From: Candidatus Brocadiia bacterium
GTDB lineage: Bacteria; Planctomycetota; Brocadiia; SM23-32
DNA length: 64,000 bases
Direction of reading: 5' to 3'
NCBI GenBank assembly: GCA_046538485.1
Contig: JBKHIT010000006.1
Span: 57,016-121,015, forward strand
A program made the position numbers and the translations under genes. The notes under the pieces were generated by a model. That model ran no database searches and had not been told where the DNA came from. It was given only the letters and a program-made list of their open reading frames with translations. Of this stretch, positions 56,913-64,000 are shown piece by piece (the first letter of the stretch is position 1; each line of letters begins with the position of its first letter).

Positions 56913-58373
56913 ATGTCTCAATCGCGACCGAATATCATTTTCATAATGAGCGACGATCACGCAGCCCACGCAATGAGCTGCTACGACAGTAGGATCAACG
57001 AAACTCCCAATCTCGACCGGGTCGCCGAAGAGGGAATGCGTTTCGATAACTGCCACTGCACAAATTCGATCTGCACCCCTTCACGCGCAACTATCCTCAC
57101 AGGGACACACAACCACGTAAATGACGTCACAACACTGGCGTGCGCGATGGATAATCAGCTGCTGACTTTCCCGAAGATCCTGCAGCACGAAGGATATCAA
57201 ACCGCCCTTTTCGGCAAATGGCATCTTGGCCAGGGGCCCGATCACTGCCCGACCGGATTTGACGACTGGGCTGTTCTGCCCGGTCAAGGGCTGTACCATA
57301 ACCCCGTATTTATCTTCGATGGCCCGGACGGAGGCGTCCGCAGCACCGTCAAAGGATACGTGACCGATATCATTACCGACATGTGCCTGGACTGGCTCGA
57401 TGAGCGGGACAGCGAAAAGCCTTTCTGCCTTTTCTATCACCACAAGGCCCCGCATCGCCCCTGGGAACCGGACGAAAAGCATGCCCACATGTATGCCGAA
57501 GAGCAGATTCCCGAACCGGATAATCTTTATGACGATTATTCCGATCGGGCCGGCGCCGCCCGTTGTGCCGCAATGCGAGTGGGCATTCACATGAATTTCC
57601 GCGACCTGAAATGCCGTATCAACCGGAACCTGTCGGAACAGGAACTCCGGAAATGGGGATACCAGCGATACATAAAAGACTACCTTCGCGTCATCGCGAG
57701 CGTTGACGATAACGTCGGGCGGGTCCTTGATTATCTTGAAAAGGAAAACCTTGCAGAGAATACAATTGTAATTTACACCTCGGACCAGGGTTTTTTTCTG
57801 GGAGATCACGGGTGGTATGACAAACGCTTCATGTACGAAGAGTCGCTGAAAATGCCCTTTGTTATCCGCTACCCTGAGATGATCGACGGTGGTCAGACCA
57901 ATGACGATATCGTGACAAACGTTGATTTTGCCCCGACGCTGCTGGATCTTGCGGGGGCTGACGTCCCGGACTCCTTCCAGGGATACAGTTTCACTCCCCT
58001 TCTTGAAGGAACAACCCCCTCCGGTTGGCAGGACGCCATGTACTATCGGTACTGGATGCATCGCGCGCATCACAACGTCGCCGCCCACTACGGAATCCGC
58101 ACAAAACGCTACAAGCTTATTTATTACTATTCAGACCCCATGGGTCAGCCCGGAACGGACCATGGTATGGCGCTATCAGACGATGAAAACGTAATGAATC
58201 TTGATGATCTGGAGCCGGAATGGGAACTTTTCGATCTCGAAAAAGATCCATCCGAAATGCATAACGTTTACAATGATCCGGAATACGCCGAAGTCGTTGA
58301 TGATTTGACTCAACAGCTGCACGATCTTCAAAAAAAGGTCGCCGATGAACCCCACCCCACGGATTGCGCTTAG
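56913..58373 (+). CDS. Formylglycine-dependent sulfatase (family S1, Cys-type)
   Basis: RPNIIFIMSDDH, CTPSRATILTG (CxPxR), GKWHLG, HKAPHR, YTSDQGFFLGDHGWYDKRFMYEES and ELFDLEKDP.E..N. Confidence 0.96.
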   Translation: MSQSRPNIIFIMSDDHAAHAMSCYDSRINETPNLDRVAEEGMRFDNCHCTNSICTPSRATILTGTHNHVNDVTTLACAMDNQLLTFPKILQHEGYQTALFGKWHLGQGPDHCPTGFDDWAVLPGQGLYHNPVFIFDGPDGGVRSTVKGYVTDIITDMCLDWLDERDSEKPFCLFYHHKAPHRPWEPDEKHAHMYAEEQIPEPDNLYDDYSDRAGAARCAAMRVGIHMNFRDLKCRINRNLSEQELRKWGYQRYIKDYLRVIASVDDNVGRVLDYLEKENLAENTIVIYTSDQGFFLGDHGWYDKRFMYEESLKMPFVIRYPEMIDGGQTNDDIVTNVDFAPTLLDLAGADVPDSFQGYSFTPLLEGTTPSGWQDAMYYRYWMHRAHHNVAAHYGIRTKRYKLIYYYSDPMGQPGTDHGMALSDDENVMNLDDLEPEWELFDLEKDPSEMHNVYNDPEYAEVVDDLTQQLHDLQKKVADEPHPTDCA

Positions 58374-58401
58374 TCAATAACTGATTTTTGGAGGTGATAT
58401 T

Positions 58402-59256
58402 GTGATTCTCCACATTGCAGGAACCGGTTGCCCGGATCCCAGTGCCGATCGTTTTGGCAGTTGTTTTGTGCTTGAAGGCGCCGGGCCGTTAATGATGTTT
58501 GATTGCGGTCCCGCTGCGACATACAAACTGGCCCAACTGGGAATCCATCCTACGCAAATTGAACGTCTCTTCTTCACGCACCATCATTTCGACCATAATG
58601 TCGATTACCCGTGCTTCCTGCTCAGCCGCTGGGATCAGGGTGCCTCACAGGAACCCGAACTCAAAGTCTACGGTCCCGCGCCGACGGAGGAATTCACGCG
58701 GAAGCTTATGGGGCAAGACGGAGCTTTCGCCGCCGACTGGATATCTCGCGTCAAACACCCTGCCAGCAAACAACTGTACGAAAACCGTGGCGGCCAGATG
58801 CCAAGACCAGAACCATCGTATGAAGTCCATGATATCGAATCTGGCCATGTTCAAGAGATAGAAGACACTGCGGTAACTGCCCATTCCGTCCACCACGTTG
58901 AACCGTGGCTTCAATCTCTTGCCTACCGTGTTGAATCGCCAGCGGGCACGGTTGCGTTCACTGGAGACGCTGGCCCCTGCCCCGCTCTCCAGGAAGTCTC
59001 ACAAGAAGCCGATGTGCTCGTCGTGGCCTCGGGCTATCGTGGAAAAATTCAGGACGCGGTAGCGGATGTTATCACGGGCGCAACAGATGCGGGAAAACTG
59101 GCCGCAGCTTCCGAAGTCAAAACGGTCGTTCTCACCCACACGACCGCTGGCGTTGCTCCACCGGGACGTCGTGAGGCAGCAATCGCGGAAGTCGCCCAAC
59201 ATTTCAACGGCCGAACCATCTTCGCCGACGAACCGATGTCAGTGCAGGTTCCCTGA
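58402..59256 (+). CDS. Metallo-beta-lactamase-fold hydrolase (RNase Z/AtsA-like)
   Basis: GTGCP, FDCGP, THHHFDH (HxHxDH), VYGP, SLAYRVE, FTGD and LTH. GGAGG RBS. Confidence 0.88.
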   Translation: MILHIAGTGCPDPSADRFGSCFVLEGAGPLMMFDCGPAATYKLAQLGIHPTQIERLFFTHHHFDHNVDYPCFLLSRWDQGASQEPELKVYGPAPTEEFTRKLMGQDGAFAADWISRVKHPASKQLYENRGGQMPRPEPSYEVHDIESGHVQEIEDTAVTAHSVHHVEPWLQSLAYRVESPAGTVAFTGDAGPCPALQEVSQEADVLVVASGYRGKIQDAVADVITGATDAGKLAAASEVKTVVLTHTTAGVAPPGRREAAIAEVAQHFNGRTIFADEPMSVQVP

Positions 59257-59616
59257 TGCTTCGTTGGGGAGCCGACCATGGCAGGCTACTGAAAATCTTA
59301 CTTCGACACCCGGGGACGGGATAAGGAGGCAAAAAATGCGCAGGCGGGCCAGCCGGGCCTGAATCTCAAGCAAACCTCCGACTTTGCAATGCCTCTATTC
59401 CGAATTTGGTGGCAATTCAAAGGACATCCGGGGGCATCAAACCGTGAAACGGCCCACAGCACATATTCCTCTTCAGACTTCTCATTACCACCACGCACAT
59501 ATTATCCCTTATAATCCCCCGTGAGCGTGCTTGACAACTCCCAGTTTCTCGAACGCTCACACGAAGCGAGCAAAAAGCACATTTCGACCAATTCAGTGCA
59601 AACGGAAAAAAGGATC

Positions 59617-62439
59617 ATGGCCGACAAAGAATTTTACCGGATGACGGTCCAGGAAGCCCTGGATGAACTCGACACTTCCCTCGACGGACTTTCTACCGAA
59701 CAGGCTGAGAAAAGACAGGGAGAGTACGGTGAAAACGAACTGATAACGGGCGCGCAGACCCCTAAATGGCTGATGTTCCTCTCGCAATGTAAGGACGTGC
59801 TTGTCCTGGTGCTGGTTTTCGCAGGGATCGCATCCTACACCATTGCGGCCATTGAAGGAACATGGGCGAATTTTCGCGACGGATCGGTCATGTTCTTCAT
59901 CGTTTTCCTCAACGCCATTATTGGATTCGTTCAGGAATACAAAGCGAGCCGGATCGTTGAGCAACTGCGAGAACTGATCCGATCACCGGCCCGCGTTGTG
60001 CGTGATGGTGAATCAAGCGAGACTCCTCAGCGTGATCTCGTGCCCGGAGATATTGTCCGTATTGAAGAAGGCGACAAGATACCGGCCGATATGCGACTCG
60101 TAGAGTCATTTAATCTGCGCACAAATGAATTCAGTCTCACCGGCGAGTCGATGCCTCAGGGCAAAGAAACGAACGCCATTAAAGAGGAGGGTGTCCTCGG
60201 CGATCGCGATAATATGGCGTATGTGGGCACGACAGTCGCCAGCGGAACAGCCACGGGTCTGGTCGTGCATACGGGGATGGATACCGAACTTGGTAAGATC
60301 GCGAGCATGACCGAAGAAACAGTGGAAATCGCCTCCCCGCTCCAGCGGGAACTCGATACGCTCGCGTGGCGACTGACCGGGGTCGTCCTTGTGATAAGTG
60401 CCCTCCTTTTTGGCGTAGCGATCTGGCAGGACATGGGCTGGCTGGTTTCCATTACCTACGCTCTCGGCGTCGCCGTGGCCTGCGTACCTCAAGCCCTACC
60501 CGCTCAACTCACTGTTGCTATGTCCACCGCCAGTCGGCGACTGGCACAGAAAAACGCGGTGGTTAAAAGTCTACCATCTGTTGAAACACTGGGGTCTACA
60601 AATGTCATCTGCACAGACAAAACCGGCACTCTAACCCGTAACGAAATGACCGCCACTCATGTCTGGTTCAACGGAAAACAGCATAAATTCACAGGGATCG
60701 GCTACGAACCCAAAGGGGACATCCTTGATGAAAATGAGGAGCCACTCAGCGACGAACAGATCGACGAGATAGAGATCATGATGGATGCAGCCACGATGGC
60801 ATCCAACGCGGAAATCCACAAACCAGACGAAGATCATCCCAACTGGTATGCCGTCGGCGATCCCACAGAAGCCGCACTTGTCACAATGTCCACTAAAATC
60901 GGCACACGCTCACCGAAAGAAGACGAAGAGAACCCCGAACTTCAGGAATTCCCCTTCGAGAGCGAACGCAAACGCATGAGTTCGGTGAGGGGATTCGGCG
61001 ACCGCGAAGTCCTCACCATGAAAGGTGCTACCGATTCAGTTCTATCAGTAAGTAAATATATCTACCGCGATGGCGAAGCCGAACCGATCACCGAAGAAGA
61101 CAAACAGAAAATCCGGGAAATAAATGAACGCTACAGCGAAGACGCGATGCGGGTGCTGGCAATCGCGTACCGTCCTCTGGACGAATCGGGTCAGGACTAT
61201 GTCTTAGAAGAAGTCGAAAAAGACGTCATCTTCCTCGGTCTTGTCGGCATGATCGATCCGCCGAGAGAAGGTGTCAAAGAAGCGATCGAAAAGTGCCATC
61301 AGGCCCATATTAATACCTATATTATGACCGGTGACCATGCCATCACGGCCAGCGCCATAGCCGCTGAAATCGGACTCGCCCACGAAAACGAACCGTGTCC
61401 TGTCATTACGGGACAGGAATTGGGGGATATCAGCGACGAAGAGTTGATTGAGACAATGGACCAGCACGATTCCATCATTTTCTCCCGCGTGGATCCCAGT
61501 GATAAACTCCGGGTGGTGAAACTCCTGGAAGATGAATTGGATCAGGTCGTTGCCGTCACCGGGGATGGCGTTAACGACGCCCCGGCCCTCAAACGTGCCC
61601 ACATCGGCGTTGCCATGGGCCAAACTGGCACAGATGTGGCCAAAGAAGCCTCGGAAGTCGTTCTTCTGGACGACAGTTTCCCGACCCTCGTGCATGCGGT
61701 GGAAGAAGGGCGCACAATCTACAACAACATTGCCAAGGTCGTGCTGGCCTCCCTGACCACGAACACGGCCGAGCTTGTTGCCGTTTTGCTGGGTTTGATC
61801 GGTATCGCCCTCGGGAACATTGCTATCCCAATCCTCGCGATACAGATTCTGGCCATTGACCTGCTGGCCGAGATTATGCCTTTGACGTTCCTTTGTTTCG
61901 ATCCTCCCAGTCCCGAGCTGATGAAACATCCCCCCCGAAGTCGGGAACAGCACATTCTCGACATATTTACCGGCAACGAAGTTGCCTTCCTCGGAGTATT
62001 GATAGGCGCACTGGGAGTTGCCAATTATCTTTTCTATCTCATCAGACATGGAGGTCTGATAAGTCAGGAAACCGTACTCAATGCCGCTGAAGGAACATCG
62101 GCCGCTTTACACTACGCTCGAGCCAGCACCATAACCTGGCTTACGATTGGTTTTTGCCAGTTTATCAATATTCTCTCGCGTCGATACCGTTACACATCGA
62201 TTTTTAATCGCAACATATTGACCAACAAGATTCTTTTCGGCTCAATCTTCGTCTCGATCGGTCTGATGCTGCTGGGGATCTACGCGCCCGGTATCAGCAA
62301 TTTCCTGGAATTCGCCGGCATTGGACTGATCGATTGGGCTTATGTTTTGGGGGCGGCTGCGATTTTCCTCGGCGCATGGGAAGCTCTTAAAATCCGCCGT
62401 CGGGCAAACCGCGACTCCGTCGAGGAGGAAACAGTGTGA
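59617..62439 (+). CDS. Cation-transporting P-type ATPase (P2-type) with an atypical M4 motif
   Basis: LTGES, DKTGTLT (phosphorylated Asp), GDPTEAAL, F.SERKRMS, KGA, DPPR, MTGD and TGDGVNDAPALK. M4 reads VPQALP and M6 reads QILAIDLLAEIMP. Confidence 0.95.
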   Translation: MADKEFYRMTVQEALDELDTSLDGLSTEQAEKRQGEYGENELITGAQTPKWLMFLSQCKDVLVLVLVFAGIASYTIAAIEGTWANFRDGSVMFFIVFLNAIIGFVQEYKASRIVEQLRELIRSPARVVRDGESSETPQRDLVPGDIVRIEEGDKIPADMRLVESFNLRTNEFSLTGESMPQGKETNAIKEEGVLGDRDNMAYVGTTVASGTATGLVVHTGMDTELGKIASMTEETVEIASPLQRELDTLAWRLTGVVLVISALLFGVAIWQDMGWLVSITYALGVAVACVPQALPAQLTVAMSTASRRLAQKNAVVKSLPSVETLGSTNVICTDKTGTLTRNEMTATHVWFNGKQHKFTGIGYEPKGDILDENEEPLSDEQIDEIEIMMDAATMASNAEIHKPDEDHPNWYAVGDPTEAALVTMSTKIGTRSPKEDEENPELQEFPFESERKRMSSVRGFGDREVLTMKGATDSVLSVSKYIYRDGEAEPITEEDKQKIREINERYSEDAMRVLAIAYRPLDESGQDYVLEEVEKDVIFLGLVGMIDPPREGVKEAIEKCHQAHINTYIMTGDHAITASAIAAEIGLAHENEPCPVITGQELGDISDEELIETMDQHDSIIFSRVDPSDKLRVVKLLEDELDQVVAVTGDGVNDAPALKRAHIGVAMGQTGTDVAKEASEVVLLDDSFPTLVHAVEEGRTIYNNIAKVVLASLTTNTAELVAVLLGLIGIALGNIAIPILAIQILAIDLLAEIMPLTFLCFDPPSPELMKHPPRSREQHILDIFTGNEVAFLGVLIGALGVANYLFYLIRHGGLISQETVLNAAEGTSAALHYARASTITWLTIGFCQFINILSRRYRYTSIFNRNILTNKILFGSIFVSIGLMLLGIYAPGISNFLEFAGIGLIDWAYVLGAAAIFLGAWEALKIRRRANRDSVEEETV

Positions 62440-63857
62440 AAACGTGGGCTGCAAACAAGTGGGATCTCCTGAAAGACAACTTTCTGTTCGTCCCGCTCGC
62501 GATGTGCGCCATTGCCGTGGTGACATGTCTCACTCTTTCTTACGTCGACACCCAGATCACCTTGCCCCAAAGCGGGCTTTTGAGCCTTCTGCGTTCTGGA
62601 AACGCAGAAGGGGTCCGATCTCTTCTCACCGCCCTGGTGGGTTCCCTGATGACCGCCCTTTGTATCGTTTTTTCCATCACGGTCGTTGCCCTGACACTCG
62701 CGGCGTCCCAGCTCGGGCCTCGATTGCTCAGAAATTTTATGCGAGATCGATCGAACCAGGTCATTCTCGGCGTTTTCGTCGCCACGTTCCTCTACTGCCT
62801 TCTCACGCTTCGCCTCGTCGGACAGGCCACCAGCCCCGAACAACTGCCCCACCTGACAGTCGTCGGAGGGTTCGCCCTCGCATGTGCTGCCCTTGCTGTC
62901 CTGGTCTATTTCATCCACCACGTCGCTCTTTCCATCCAGTCCCCCCAGGTCATCACATCCGTTGCCAGAGAGCTGATGGATCTCATTGACAGATCTTTTC
63001 CTGAACCGGGGGACGAACAGCCTGAGAAACCCGACATTCCGGATGACGTATCCTCCGACTTCCGGCAGGTCACGGCGGATTGGGATGGCTACATCCAGGC
63101 GATCGATGAACAAGGCCTGATACGTATCGCCGAAGAATGTGATGTCATCCTTAAAATTCTCTGCAGGCCGGGCCATTTCGTCGCAAAAGGAGAAGAAGTG
63201 GCTCAGGTTTACAGCGCGGAGGAACAGGAAGAAGCTCGGGATCACGCTGTGCAGGCCATCCGGGGTTCGTTCGCATGGACACATGATCGTTCCGACATTG
63301 CCGCTCGCTATACAGTCTCCCGGGAAGCTGTCCGCCGGACCGTCATCCAGGGCAGCCGCCGCAACGCTATCCAGGACCTTGAATTTGTCATGATGCAGCT
63401 CGTAGAGATCGCCACCCGCGCTCTTTCCCCTGGCATTAACGACCCGTTCACCGCGATGACCTGCATAGACCGTCTCGGTGCAGCAATGTGTGAAATCGCT
63501 CGACGCCCGATGCCACCAACCAGCCGTTTTGACGATGACGGCAACCTCCGTCTTATTCTCGATCAGACGGATTTTCAGGGTTTATGCCGTGCCGCATTCT
63601 GTCAGATCCGACAACACGCACATGACAACGCAGCCGTCAGTATCCGGCTCCTGGAAGCCCTTCACCGTATCGCTAAACAAACCCGGACCGACGAGCAACG
63701 TCAGGCGGTCTGGCAACACGCACAGATGGTCAACCGAGCCGGCCAAAAACTCCCCGAACCACTCGATCAGGAGAATGTCGCCGACCGTTTCGATGCCATA
63801 CGAGAAGAGCTGGCGGATTTTCTGCAAACTTCGGAACAGCTCGGGAATGCCGATTAA
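62436..63857 (+). CDS. DUF2254-family membrane protein
   Basis: FSITVVALTLAASQLGPRLLRNF.RDR, FIHHVA.SIQ, GYIQAID and QLVEIATRALSPGINDPFTA..CID. GTGA overlap with the ATPase stop. Confidence 0.9.
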   Translation: MKTWAANKWDLLKDNFLFVPLAMCAIAVVTCLTLSYVDTQITLPQSGLLSLLRSGNAEGVRSLLTALVGSLMTALCIVFSITVVALTLAASQLGPRLLRNFMRDRSNQVILGVFVATFLYCLLTLRLVGQATSPEQLPHLTVVGGFALACAALAVLVYFIHHVALSIQSPQVITSVARELMDLIDRSFPEPGDEQPEKPDIPDDVSSDFRQVTADWDGYIQAIDEQGLIRIAEECDVILKILCRPGHFVAKGEEVAQVYSAEEQEEARDHAVQAIRGSFAWTHDRSDIAARYTVSREAVRRTVIQGSRRNAIQDLEFVMMQLVEIATRALSPGINDPFTAMTCIDRLGAAMCEIARRPMPPTSRFDDDGNLRLILDQTDFQGLCRAAFCQIRQHAHDNAAVSIRLLEALHRIAKQTRTDEQRQAVWQHAQMVNRAGQKLPEPLDQENVADRFDAIREELADFLQTSEQLGNAD

Positions 63858-64000
63858 ATGCAGTTATCCTTTTGATCCCCGGGCTACAGAACCGGTACAA
63901 TTGTTTGGGAATAAGAGATTTGTGACATCTTCCCCCCGGGAAGAGTGTAACTATTCGGTAAAGTGCGTGGCCTTGCAACCAGCTTTCTGGTTTCGGGGGC

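Noticed and set aside
59257..59616. Possible ion- or c-di-AMP-sensing riboswitch, or IS end, upstream of the P-type ATPase
   Set aside because: Only short hairpins are present. I could not match yybP-ykoY, ydaO or M-box consensus, and the CAGGCTACTGAAAA IS-like end has no partner. An Infernal/Rfam scan would settle it.
1..64000. tRNA, rRNA, integrase, transposase, prophage or known defence genes
   Set aside because: None were recognisable by eye in the ORF track or intergenic regions. A tRNAscan/Rfam/HMM run would be needed to exclude them formally.

Overview
Bacterial chromosomal window that looks like PVC superphylum DNA, most likely Planctomycetota. This is inferred from gene content: an H-X9/10-DG prepilin-like protein, a PQQ-propeller/prenyltransferase-repeat/MoxR/DUF58/vWA operon, a truncated MnmE paralog and many BNR and beta-helix glycan enzymes. 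Gene order: partial dsdA; a small GIY-YIG nuclease inside a palindromic repeat, next to an empty copy of that repeat; a BNR protein; about 1 kb of mixed REP-like palindromes; a glycan locus (beta-helix enzyme, GntR regulator, large exported glycoside hydrolase-like protein, prepilin-like gene, second beta-helix enzyme) punctuated by 9-bp-period AGGGAC/GTCCCT arrays; a hypothetical protein plus MJ1255-type glycosyltransferase; an M16 peptidase divergent from the MnmE-like GTPase; a 20-kb ten-gene MoxR/vWA operon; a third beta-helix enzyme, a Gfo/Idh/MocA oxidoreductase and two BNR proteins; a minimal GspE-GspF-GspF-three-minor-pilin operon; sugar isomerase, oxidoreductase and fbaB; a URO-D-like protein; sulfatase plus MBL hydrolase; a P-type ATPase with an atypical PQAL M4 motif; and a DUF2254 protein. 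I saw no rRNA, tRNA, CRISPR array, integrase or transposase. Best novelty candidates: (1) inverted 9-mer arrays present as an empty site and as a pilin-gene-filled site; (2) the GIY-YIG nuclease in a palindrome with an empty sibling; (3) the E-to-Q P-type ATPase; (4) a possible pilin-linked glycan uptake system. All family calls come from reading motifs by eye; no database search was run.
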